This document shows positions 47,172 through 58,509 of a stretch of 62,602 bases of DNA, one piece after another. Made by a program: the position numbers and the translations under genes. Position 1 is the first letter of the stretch, and every line of letters starts with the position of its first letter. Under the pieces are notes generated by a model. The model was not told the origin of the DNA. It saw only the letters and a program-made list of their open reading frames with translations, and did not search any database. Source of the DNA: Cyanophora paradoxa CCMP329 (taxonomy: Eukaryota > Plantae > Glaucophyta); assembly GCA_004431415.1 (NCBI GenBank), contig QPMI01000541.1:1-62602 (forward strand), written 5' to 3'.

Positions 47172-48713
47172 CTATACACTTCGAATAAATGCACCTGTGA
47201 CATCCACTCTCATGGTTGGGTTATTTATATATACAATTGGATAAATACGAATATACCTTGTCCTCAGAGGGTAGCCAATATAGAAAACGTCTCTTATAGA
47301 GGTGGGATACCCAGAACTGTATGAGACATCACCACTATTATGGGCATTATTAATAGTTTCACACATAAACACTCTGTTGACACCTTCATACTTGATAAAT
47401 GACCAGGAAACACCATCTTGTGATGTTGCAACATTGAAGGTCTTAACAAAGGCATTGGTCACACCAGAACCATATGCAATTATAGATGCTACCTCAAATA
47501 TATATGGGAAGGATACTTGCAGATACTCAGTGGGAACACTCCATATTCCATCAGGAGCAGATGCATTTGCCTCCCAACCAGTCAAGGAAGGTCTTGCTTT
47601 AAATGCCTCCCTTCCAATTTTTGATGATGATGCAGTGAATGAACCATCTGATAGAAGATACCAGTTAGCATCAATGGGAGGCATGTTATTCAGAGTTGAT
47701 GATATATAGAACCTTGCAGGGTTCTTGATTTCATAATTTGCAACCAGTAAATCACAGAGTCTATCAATCATTACAGTGTTTGCTGCTATATATATTTCGG
47801 TTGCATCTATCATATCTGGGATCTTAGAGGTATCATCCAGAGAGTTTACTATGGTCTTTGGAAGTGGAACAGAGAGTCTATAATATCTTGCATATCCCTG
47901 GTCATCATTATATGGGAGAAACTCTTGCATCTTTTCCAGGGCTGAGAGTTCACTTGCAGCCATCAACATATTAATTAATGGACTCCCAGAGGTCGAAGCA
48001 ATCCAAGAGAGAATACCCCAGCTGTTCACATCTTCATAGGAATATCCCACATTTGGGGCATCTGTCTCATTCACCTCACCACAGGATATACTGATCACAA
48101 TTATATCATCATCATCATCATAGATCTTTTTAGCATGGCTGTAACCACATACACTGGGGTTATTATTACCTGAGATTGCACCATCAATTAGAGACATCCC
48201 ATCATAGTTCACAGGTGAGAAGTAAGTAGGAGCAGCAGAGGTGGATCTTGCAGCAATCTTGCTGGGGATGGATTTGTAGGAGTTATCATTGGTGATAAAG
48301 ATGGGCTTCATACTCACAGTGTCAAAACTTGTGATCACTACATCTTTTAGAGAGTCTTGAATGAGAGACTCACCAGTAACAGTGAGAATGGCTGTCTCCA
48401 ATGGGGTCACATCATACTTGGTGTTGAAAAGGGCATTATCTATAATATTTCTGGGATTTGCAAAGATTAATGGAAGTTGATTGAGATATGTTGAATGCAA
48501 ATCGGTAGCAGTGAGTTTGGGTTCGTTTGGAAATTCGGGATTTTTCACATTGAGACCAATCGCAATAATCCCACCAGTGGATGTTCCACTCACCAGGTCA
48601 ACAAGGTCTATTACTCTTTTTCCAGTTCGAGTTTCGATTTCTTTTAGCAATCTCGTAATAATTATACCACGAGCTCCCCCACCTGAGAGACTGAGAATAA
48701 CACGAAGGGGCAT
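47172..48713 (-). CDS. Patatin-like phospholipase fused to a C-terminal F5/8 type C (discoidin) domain
   Basis: SGGGARG, GTSTG, SAAPTYF, IDGA. C-terminal EYLQVSF...FVKTFNVATSQDGVSW...RTRYIRIYP...MRVDVTG is a discoidin signature. Confidence 0.92.
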   Translation of the reverse strand: MPLRVILSLSGGGARGIIITRLLKEIETRTGKRVIDLVDLVSGTSTGGIIAIGLNVKNPEFPNEPKLTATDLHSTYLNQLPLIFANPRNIIDNALFNTKYDVTPLETAILTVTGESLIQDSLKDVVITSFDTVSMKPIFITNDNSYKSIPSKIAARSTSAAPTYFSPVNYDGMSLIDGAISGNNNPSVCGYSHAKKIYDDDDDIIVISISCGEVNETDAPNVGYSYEDVNSWGILSWIASTSGSPLINMLMAASELSALEKMQEFLPYNDDQGYARYYRLSVPLPKTIVNSLDDTSKIPDMIDATEIYIAANTVMIDRLCDLLVANYEIKNPARFYISSTLNNMPPIDANWYLLSDGSFTASSSKIGREAFKARPSLTGWEANASAPDGIWSVPTEYLQVSFPYIFEVASIIAYGSGVTNAFVKTFNVATSQDGVSWSFIKYEGVNRVFMCETINNAHNSGDVSYSSGYPTSIRDVFYIGYPLRTRYIRIYPIVYINNPTMRVDVTGAFIRSV

Positions 48714-48762
48714 CTTTACTTAACTCAAATTTAATAAATCTCTATAAGTAGAGTAAACAGGG

Positions 48763-51700
48763 ATGAGTTTCAATTACCCAGCAAACCTACAAACCATTCC
48801 CTCATCAGGAAGAGGGAAGACAGATAACAAACATGTAAATTTCGATAACTTGACAGCCAGAGGGTCGATCTCTATTGACCACAGTGCAGATGAACCCTCA
48901 AAGACTCACCCAAGAGAGCATGCACTTTCAATAAACGAAATGGATCCTGAAAAAGAGGATGTGAGTGTTGCTTTCAGCATGGGGAATGTGAAATCGAATC
49001 AGGTAGCCCAGATTAAAGCAACCAGGAGCAGACCAAGAAAACTGAAAACCAGTGGAACCCACCCAGATATTCCAACTCGATTCGATAGTGGAAGGTTGAT
49101 ATTCAATGTTCAAAACGAGAAGGGTGGGCATCAGAGTGGTTTGAGAATCTATAATGAAGGATCAAATGCAATTGCACAAATTCCCGAAATATTACAGATA
49201 GCCCCCCATGGAGAAACCAACAAAATCGAGTTCACTAACAATGTTTATCCACGAGATATTGTGGCGAATTCGGCTTCTAATGCGCAATTCGGTTTCCAAT
49301 TACCAGGTGATACAGCAAAGAATAAGGCGTCTATCACTGTCAACAGTAGCCCCACTCAACCAGTAACAATTCATTTACACCCAGACCTTGTCGAAATGGA
49401 CAGGCACCTTTTACCTTTGGTAACCAACACCAAAGATCTTGGTATCAGAACCAGGCAATGGCGAAATATCCATGGAAGCAATGTGTATGCAAATGGTGAG
49501 AAACTGGTAAGTGAGAAGACCATAAGAGAGATCTTTGAATATTATGGACCTAATGGACCTGTCCCAGTTCCCTTTCCTCTTCCATGGGATCCACCAGATT
49601 TAACACCCAAAAAGCAACCAGGAAGAGAGTATACAGCAGATGAGACAGTTCCCTTTGGGCAGCACATTGTGAGTTGGGAGCAGGTTCGAAATAAACCGAT
49701 AATTGAACCAAGAAAGCAGATTGATGAGCAATATTTACCTCCTGAAATCGACATATTGGAGCTTGATGATTACTACTTCGTCCCAGATGAGGAGGAATAC
49801 CTACCTGATGGTTTCGACCCACAGGAATATGAATATGATCAATATGAACCCAATGAGGAAGAGTATTTACCAGATGTTTAGATCCACAAGAGTATGAGTA
49901 TGAGCAAAATTATGAACCCCATGAGGAATATTTAGCAGATGGTCACGAACCACCAGTTGTTGATTATGAGCAACCATATGAACCCCATGAAGAATTATTA
50001 CCAGATGGATTTCGACCTGAGATTTGGGAATTCTTCCCTGATTGGGAGCAGATCAACAATAAACCAGCCAGATTTCCACCAGAGGATCACAACCATGACT
50101 GGGATGAGATATTAGGTAAACCAGACAAATTCCCACCAGAGGATCACAGGCATGACTGGGGTGATATTGATGGAAAACCAGAAGAGTTTCCACCAGAAGA
50201 TCACAGACATAAATGGAGCGAAATAGATGAACAACCAAAATTCGCATCAGCAGGTGATGATTTCGACACCTTACATGGTGTTACTCTCTACCAAAGTAAC
50301 ACCATACCAGAGAGATTACGATTAGATGAATATTATGTGAATCGTAAAGGGATTGATGCAGGCACCACAATGGAAGGCGAATTATACATCAGACCACCTA
50401 CAAGAATGCAGATAATTGCAGCAGGCGGAAATTTCGGTTTGATGGACACCAAACCAGGTATCTATTTAACCAGTTACTATGCTGATGACATCCCAATGAC
50501 AGATAGTTTAATATTATCGCTTCCATCTGATCCAGCAAACTATGATGATAAAGATGCAGCAATACAAATTAATGTTACTGATGTGAGTGATTTAGATTCA
50601 TCAAGACCCAAATTAATATTCACCAGAGAGAGACTGTTACCCAATGCTCTCATTGGAAATCGAGATGACTACAAGAGATGCGAAATCTCATGGATCAAAA
50701 CAAATTATAATGGTGGAGTGGGTGAGGGTCTCTTAGAAATCAATCAGAGGGCAGCAGCAAAGAATATTCACAATGAGACCATATCAAGAGTGGTGACAGA
50801 GGATTACCTACAAGCCCAAAACTACATAGATGAAACAGAATTGAACACAATCATTGCAGGTATTAATATTGGTGTGACAGGTGATTACCTCCCTCTCACA
50901 GTGGGATTATTGATGAACAGTAACAGCATGCAACTTCTTTGTTCATACTGAAAGCAATCAAACCTTCCCTGTGGTTCATCCAGGAGGTGAGTATGAGATA
51001 CCAGATGATCCAGCTATAATGCCCATCAAGATTGATCTACCTTCTGATTATGTTGGAAGGGTGAACTGAAAATAATCGCTTTTACAGGAGACTATAATGA
51101 TCTCCTAAACAAACCAACTGCTGCAAATCTGCACCCTGTTGCATTTCGGGTAGTTTCCTTGATCTGAATAACAGGGCACACACCCACACAAGAGCAGAGA
51201 TCACAGATTTCAATACTCACACTCACACAAAATCCCAGATAACAGATTTTGCACACACCCACACCAGAGCAGATATTACGAATTTCGCTCACACTCATGT
51301 TAAATCAGAGATAACAGATCTCGGAAATGTTGCATATGTTGTCACACCCATACGAAGGCAGAGATTACAGATTTTGCACACAATCACACTAAGGCAGAGA
51401 TTACAGATTTTGCACACACTCATGATTGGAATACAGATATTTATAACAAACCAGCGATTTTCTCGGGCAACTACAATGACCTGACCAATAAACCCACCCT
51501 CGATCCCTTTACAGCAACCACCATCAGAGCGAATAACACAATGTATGTAGGATCAGTCAGATTGTAGAACCAGCAGGACCTATGTTTGAAGAAACATGGT
51601 TCTTTCACAATTCGCAAAATTACTTTGATAAACCTTACTTGTTCGTGGAAATGCTTATGCAAGAAATTTCTATGCTATGAACCCTTCCAATAATCAGACT

Positions 51701-52054
51701 ATTAGTAGATGTATCACAGAAGCAGATCTTTCCAGTCAACTCAATGCATATTTCAATGGGAAAATTCAAGCAGGAAAGTATGTTTACACTACTCCTGTTT
51801 TGAATTACAATAATTTATATGTGTTCAATCTAACTATCTATTTTACCAATGCCTTTGCTTCTCCTCCTGTTGTGACAGCAACAGTAAGGCATGAAGGACA
51901 AGAACCAAATTATCAAGTAACTCCCGTCGTTTTTACTGTGAATTTGTTGAATGTTTACAGTGATTATTTCACTTGTGAACTTTTCACTGATCCATATGCA
52001 ATGAATAATTCATCCAAAACTGTAACGATCCATTACATTGCTGTCGCAATTTAA
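48763..52054 (+). CDS. Large fibre-like protein (one or two genes, frameshifted) with phage tail-fibre repeats and an H-lectin/gp53-like tip
   Basis: LLPLVTNTKDLG...WRNIH; acidic repeats 49750-50010; KP..FPPEDH.HDW repeats 50060-50230; HTHT.AEITDF repeats 51177-51430; GNYNDLTNKP; C-terminal KIQAG...FTNAFASPPVVTAT...IHYIAV. Confidence 0.7.
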
Positions 52055-52073
52055 CTATTTCGTAATTATAAAG

Positions 52074-53117
52074 ATGACCTCTCTATTAGAAATCCCAAAC
52101 TATGAACTTGCAGCCAAATCACTTCATAGCACCTCTCATGGAGTAGTTGATTCAACCCCTGGGTATATTTGCACTGAAACTTCAAGTAATACCTCTTTCA
52201 CAGAGAAAAACATACTCAGATTCAAAGAAATTCGATGTGATCGAAATGGAGGCAAGATAAGAACCACAGGCATTATTATCTCGAATAAAAATCAAGTTCA
52301 AGCAGGTCAAGTAGTCCCCGATTCAGCAGTATATGATAATGTGGGTGGATTCACCACAGCACAGATAGTTAATTTCGATAACACAATAAATAATTCGGCT
52401 CTTGTAGTCAGAAGTGGAGGTGCCTATATTGGCGATGGGGCAATTGTGGTGGGGACTGTCACAGCAAATCAGTTGACTGTGAATGGACAAGTGTTTTCAC
52501 TCAGTTGATGAATATACCTCTGGTCTTTTAGAAATATTGTCTATGGACTCTTCAAGCATTTCTGAGAGTTCAAGCACCCGAAATTGGTAATGGAACAGAT
52601 TCTAATACGACCTACAAACGAAATGTAATGCAATTGTCACTCTTGAAAAAACAACAGTTGCACAGACAGAGATAAATCATTTACACTTTCTCCTACTTGC
52701 TATTTGAAAAGGACCTACTGCCCAAGATTGTGTATCACAAAAGTAACTAATCCTCCGACATCACAAGTAACATGGTCATCTGGCGCTCGTCTACTTTTAC
52801 ATTCCCTACATATGGAAGTTATTATGTCAACAATGAAGGCAACTGGGACCTACATGTTTACTGCACTGTTGCAGGTGTTTACAGGGTTTCTTTACAGGTC
52901 TCAGAATAGATACTCAGACTTCTTATGTTACTATTTAAAGCTTTCAATAAATGGAGTTGCTTCCAGTTACGAAGTTGGCTGTTCATTAACAGGACAAATG
53001 GCTATCACATATGAAACATTAGTTACTCTGAACATGGGAGACACTGTTGGAATATTAAACTCAACAGGTGTGACTATAACATTTGACACACGATGTTACT
53101 TGGGTTTATCTGGTTAG
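52074..53117 (+). CDS. Fibre-like paralog A, conserved N-terminal domain + C1q-like C-terminus (frameshifted)
   Basis: N-terminal TPGYICTE...FDNTINNSALVVRSGGAYIG; C-terminal FTA..AGVY...TLVTLNMGDTV. Confidence 0.6.
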
Positions 53118-53149
53118 TGCTATATAATATTGTATATGTAATATAAAGA

Positions 53150-54162
53150 ATGGCTACTCAAATAGCAGTCCCTGTTTTCTGTTATGCAGCCCTAAAATAC
53201 ACCACTCATCACACAGTCTCAGATGCAACCCCAGGTTTCATTTGCACAGAAACAACAGGAGCAGATTCATTTTCGCAGAACTCTGTGATCAGATGCAAAG
53301 AATTCGATGTGATCGGAATGGGGCAAGGTGAGAACCACAGGTCTCATTGTTTCCAACAAGAACAAGTTCAATCAGGTCAAATTGTTTCTGATTCCGCAAT
53401 TTATGATGATGTTGGAGGGGTCACCACACCCAAGATTGTAACCTTCGATAATACAATCAATAATGCTGCTCTTGTTGTCAGAAGTGGAGGGGCATACATT
53501 GGAGATGAGCAAGGATTAATGGGAATCTCACAACTGAGCAAATCACAGTAACAGAGGGAGCACATTTAATGATTGGTGACAGCCAATGGTGGTGTATATG
53601 TTCCTGGTGCACAGCAATCTATTGTGACAGCAAGTACCAAAATAGTTACACCTGAAATAGATACAGATCGAGCACAAATTGGTTTTTAAACGCAATAGTG
53701 ACGTTATGGCGACACTGGAAGCCAACAGTTTAACCCTCAATTCAGGTTGTTATTTAAAGTATGATTTCAACCTCGATTCTGTGCACACTTGGTTACACAC
53801 ATGTTGCTTCAAGTGCTGCTCCTCTGATCAACTGGACAACAGTTTTTATAGACAACAGAGGTGCCTTCAATACAGGCAATGGAAGATATACAGCTCCTGT
53901 GCAGGACATTACAGATTAACTGTAAATTCTTCCTCAACAACTTCAACAGCTGTAAGTCTGACTTTGCAGGTAAACGATACTAACCCTGGTGGTCTGACCA
54001 TCTTCACATCTGGAACTTCAACTACAATTGCAGCGAAACCTCTATATATCAACGTTATAACTCAATCTTGCTGCCGGAGAATATGTCACAATTGTCACAG
54101 GAACAGCTGGTAGTTATGCAAGTCGAACAACATTTACAGCTGAACTTCTAAGTATCACATAA
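53150..54162 (+). CDS. Fibre-like paralog B, conserved N-terminal domain + C1q-like C-terminus (frameshifted)
   Basis: TPGFICTE...FDNTINNAALVVRSGGAYIG; reading across frames GRYTAPV.GHYRLTVN...AAGEYVTI...TTFTAELL. Confidence 0.6.
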
Positions 54163-54184
54163 ATTTTCTCTCTATAATGTAGGA

Positions 54185-54449
54185 ATGTCGAATATCTACC
54201 AAGTGGTTCTCTCAGATACTGAGAAGTTGGGAATGGAATATTGCTGCGCATCTGTTCAGGACTGGATTGATAATGCTGCCCACACAGGGCAAGAATCGCA
54301 ATTGATGAGATTGTTCAGAAAGAGATCCAATCTTGCATCTCATCAGGAGTTCAGATACCAACCTCAAAGGAAGCCATTGTGTTACAGGCATTCCAAAGGG
54401 AACTGTAAAGAAAGGCATCGAGTATAACAATGTCACAGAAGAGCAATGA
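54185..54449 (+). CDS. Small putative tail-fibre assembly/chaperone-like protein (frameshifted)
   Basis: MSNIYQVVLSDTEKLGMEYCCASVQDWIDNAAH.RARIAIDEIVQ resembles, from recall, small proteins that follow C1q-domain fibres in aquatic phages. Confidence 0.5.
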
Positions 54450-54483
54450 ACATTATTTTTCTATCCTTCTTAGTAAAGAAGCA

Positions 54484-55294
54484 ATGGGTGAATACAATCG
54501 AGTTCAACTGCCTATTATTCCCTTGGATCCCCTGCAATGCATTTCGCCAGCATGAAGTAAATGATGAGGTTCGTGTTTAGAATCCACAGAGAGACCCAAT
54601 TCCAATGGTAACTCCTTTGATAAGAACTCAATTATTCGAGTAAAGAACTGAGAGCAGACAAGATTCTGGGGTTGTTAAAACAACTCGACTCCTTGTCTCA
54701 AATGCGAACTTCTTCCAACCAACTAATGAGGTCCTGATGCTTACAGTGTTGATCTGAAAGCCCTCGATTTCGATAAGAATTCTGCTGCTGTAACTGTGAG
54801 ATCAGGTGGAGCATTTATTGGTGGTGGTTGCAGAGTTTCAGGTCAACTCTCCTCATCAATTGCATACAATGATGTCCCAGATACTCTTGAACAGAATGTT
54901 GAAGACCCCCAACGAATTCGATTATATATACCAGTTGCACAACAGCCACTTATTCAATTTTACCAAGGTTATACTGTCACACTTGAAAACTCTGAATTGA
55001 TTGAAGGAACCAAAAGAGTAATGAGAGGGCTGGTCATTCCTTCTGCAATGCTTTCTTTATGTAGAGCCAACAATAACCAGCCAGGTCACAGATACAATTT
55101 CAGTGTTCAAGGATGATCATTTCGGCACAGGGTTCTGTGTTATAATAACAATTCACTATGATCGTTTGTTACAGATATTGGAAAATAACAATTACAGTTA
55201 TGGGTATCAGAACAGATATAGCGCTGTCTCAGCTCTAAGAGGTGTTACTCCTGATACTCTTTCTCAACAGGGTTTTACCAGGAACCAGATGTGA
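54484..55294 (+). CDS. Fibre-like paralog C (diverged N-terminal domain, unrelated C-terminus; frameshifted)
   Basis: FDKNSAAVTVRSGGAFIGGG matches the ALVVRSGGAYIG motif of paralogs A and B. Confidence 0.5.
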
Positions 55295-55337
55295 TTGATA
55301 ACCCAACCCCATAAATTATATATCACTTTAATGTAAA

Positions 55338-56137
55338 ATGGCTGCCCCAGTAGAGCGAATTATTACACCCCAGCTATCATTAGCAGCACCTGCAAATCAC
55401 GTTTTGCAGCATGCTACTTTTGATGATGTAGAAGGTCTCCAATCCACAGAAGTCCAACCTACCATGAATACTTTTGGTTCCACCACAAACTGAGATTGCA
55501 GGAACTCAGTGTGATAAAAATAATGTATAGTTAAGACAACGAAACTCCTTGTCACCAATGCAAACTTTCTGCCCATTATGGAGACCCAGACAGTTATGGT
55601 GCTCCTCTTTCTACTTATTCTTGAATCTCGTCGGAGCTATTAACTGCAAAACGGGGGAGCATATATGGTGATGGTCTTCGGGTTGGTGGAGCTGTTGGTG
55701 CGCCTCTTCGTAAATGATCAACCATCCCATTGATCCAACACCAGAATTCGCACCTAGTCCCAGTATGAATGCACCATACATTATAAAGATCTTCCAATTG
55801 TTGTGATGAGCAGACATCAGTAGTAGATCTCTTGTTGAGATTGGTGATCACTACAGGTGGTTGTCGATATTCCACAGATGTTTATGCTGTCTGTCAAGTA
55901 GAGGGTGGAACCCAAATATTGCAGTTGTGATCACTCCATATGACAATTTCGGAATCGCTTATCATGGTGTGAATTTCGGTCTTGAGATTACCAGTTCTTG
56001 GTGAGAGCCACCAGATTTGGTATCTACAAATGCATTCTCTATGCTGAAGAACCGATGCTATGCAAAACAGAATACATATGCAGAATATTACGGCACAATC
56101 GCTACTTCCCCATTTCGGCAGGATACTGCTCCATAGA
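55338..56137 (+). CDS. One or two hypothetical viral proteins (heavily frameshifted)
   Basis: ATG at 55338 with a typical leader; coding-like fragments on + strand, no family recognised. Confidence 0.3.
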
Positions 56138-56162
56138 AATCTCAGTATATATAGAGAGAGGG

Positions 56163-56592
56163 ATGGATGATAAAAAAAGAAATTCATAGAATCTGCAATG
56201 ATGTTCATGGTGATGCTAAATTCGATTATAGTGCGACAGTCTATAAGAAAGCACAAGAGAAGGTCTCTGTTAGATGCTCAAATGCAACAAGATCCTCCAA
56301 ACCTACCCATTTATCATGTAAGGGAAGTGGATGCAGAGAGTGCAACAGAAATCCTCTCATGCTTACAGAAAAAAGACTACATCAGGAATTGTGATAGATG
56401 ATAAACAGTGGTATTATATTTCGATTAGATCTTTGAGAGAGAAATGAGAATCTTCCCCATTTTCCCTTTGTGATTATGCATGTGTCAAAGCAGTTTGGAC
56501 AGGTCTTGTGGTAGTGCAGCAGAATGATATCCACAACTCATAAGGTAGCACTCTTGCTAAGATGGTTCGCATTCTACCAATCGCGTTTTTAA
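56163..56592 (+). CDS. Putative endonuclease-associated protein with HG..F/YDYS...C...GCxxC Zn-ribbon (frameshifted)
   Basis: VHGDAKFDYSATVYKKAQEKVSVRC...HL...GSGCREC resembles the repeat found in phage/giant-virus endonucleases; nuclease half not cleanly readable. Confidence 0.5.
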
Positions 56593-56611
56593 TTTTCTAA
56601 ATTATTCATAA

Positions 56612-57010
56612 ATGAATACTCATCGAGGCTCCATGTGATGCTGGATTACAAATTCAGAACCCAATTAGCAGTAGGAGTGGAAAACTTGGAGACAACAACC
56701 AGGTGGTTAATGCAGTTCTTGCAAACTATTATTCAAGAGCAAGGTATTCGAGTAGTTCACAAGCATTGCGAGATTTTCGATGGTGGTATTTCTCCTCCTG
56801 GTTTTTGCAATGGTTCTTCTGCTGGATGAGAGCCATTGCACTGCTCATTGTTACTCAAATGAAGGTATGTTGGCGATTGATATATTCAGTTGTGGATTAG
56901 AAGCAGAGAGGAAAACCACGAGAGTACTCATGAGATAGATGAGAGAATAACAGGTGTGTTTCAGGGTTGGAGAAATCGAGAAACATAGAGTATTGCGATT
57001 TCCGAGTTAG
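56612..57010 (+). CDS. speD: Prokaryotic-type S-adenosylmethionine decarboxylase proenzyme (SpeD/SpeH family; frameshifted in this consensus)
   Basis: Across frames: G.HVMLDY...VVHKHCEIFD...PPGF.AMVLLLDESHCTAHCYSNEGMLAIDIFSCG. ESH self-cleavage site and DIFSCG motif are intact. The left-TIR copy restores the C-terminal frame (...HRVLRFPS*). Confidence 0.85.
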
Positions 57011-58265
57011 TTGACACTGAGAAATTCAGAATTTCAGATGGTCTTACTGAAAATGGTCAGATAATCGGGTGTGACACCTATTTAATTGACTGTGACGCCT
57101 CTTTAATTGACTGTGACGCCTGTGACGCCTGTGACGCCTACTTTCAAACTTTTTAAAATTTTCAAAAATTACAGACTTCTGAAAACAGCCGTCACAGCCG
57201 TCACAGGCGTCACACCCATTAAAAATGAATCTCTTTCTCTTACTGAGATATTCAAAATATATTCTTGTCTTACTGAAATCCGTCTTGTGACACCTCTGAC
57301 ACCTACAAAACACTATCCATTAATCAACCTTTTGAAAATGCGAAGTTGTCTTACTGGAAATGGTCTGCAATTTTGCTGTGACACCTAATTTAATTGAGTG
57401 TGACGCCTGTGACCCTGTGACACCTACTTTCAAACTTTTTAAATTTTCAAAAATGACAGCTTCTGAAAACAGGCGTCACAGCCGTCACAGGCGTCACAGA
57501 CATTCCACCCCTCTTACTGACTTTCTCAAAACAAACTATCTCTTACTGAATATCATTTGAATACTACCTGTCACACTTGATCTCAATTATTCTGTTTTAT
57601 AGAACATATGCAATCTAATCGAATGTTCAATGGAGACCATGCAACTCTGTGACACTTTTTTCAATCTAAAATATACATCCGCAATCTCATCGATTGTTTA
57701 ATTGGAGACCATGCAGTTCCGATATATTCCATAGAAAATCCCGCAATCTAATCGATTGTTTAATTGGAGATAATGCAACTCTGTGACACTTTTTCGGTGC
57801 AAAAATGTACATCAGCAATCTCATCGATTGTTCAATTGGACACAATGCACTCTGTGCACTTTTGCGTTTTTCGATACAGAATGGGCGGTGGTCTACTTCA
57901 ATACATGAGGATATATCGAGTTTATGCGAATTTATGCAATTTAATCGCGATTATATCGATCTTTAAGTAGTTTAATGTTAATCTATCGCAGATTTGTATG
58001 TAAACAACAAAGTACATAATCAATCGATATAAGATCAATTGAATCTATCGAAGTTTAATCGAAATATGCATTTTGGAAACGCGTTTTCGTTTTTAATACA
58101 AAGTTTGCATTATTTTATACAAAGTTTGCATAAAAAGTTAAAGAAATTAATCGAAAAATATGTATTTTAGTATTAAATTAACACATATTGAAAAACGAAT
58201 TTAAATCCAGGAGCGAAGCGCGAAGCGCGAAGCGGAGGGATTTAAAATTCGTTTTTCATATGTGT
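56918..58265 (-). repeat. Right terminal inverted repeat (~1,348 bp), including two iteron cassettes and the terminal hairpin 58181-58265
   Basis: Reverse complement of 30626-31993; GCGAAGC at 58213, 58220, 58227. Confidence 0.95.
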
Positions 58266-58509
58266 GGCTTGAGCATCTGAGCGACGCCCGCCAGATCTAT
58301 CAATTGCAATTATCACTTATATATAATTATGCTCTTTCACGCATCGATATCTTGCAATGCGATCGAATATGAATGCATATGTGGGTTTTACGAAATTTTG
58401 TAATTCGCGATTGGGCGCACTGAACACTCGCATCCGAACTCTGAGCGCCCTATATATCTATATATAGCTATATCTATAGCCTACGTATACATCTAATTAT
58501 GAAGGCCTG

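Larger units (their letters stand above)
30626..58265. mobile_element. Complete endogenous Polinton/Maverick-like virus (PLV), 27,640 bp
   Basis: TSD GGCTTG at 30620-30625 and 58266-58271; ~1.36-kb TIRs; sharp drop in GC; intronless dense ORFs including MCP, pentons, A32 ATPase, pPolB, rve integrase and D5 helicase. Confidence 0.97.

Noticed and set aside
55611-56256. Minus-strand ORFs as a cysteine protease or spermidine synthase
   Set aside because: No catalytic or GGGDG-type motifs; neighbouring genes and leaders indicate + strand coding.
49880-58265. Genuine pseudogenisation of the right third of the virus
   Set aside because: Right TIR differs from the left almost only by 1-nt indels with hardly any substitutions, typical of low-coverage long-read consensus; cannot be settled without reads.
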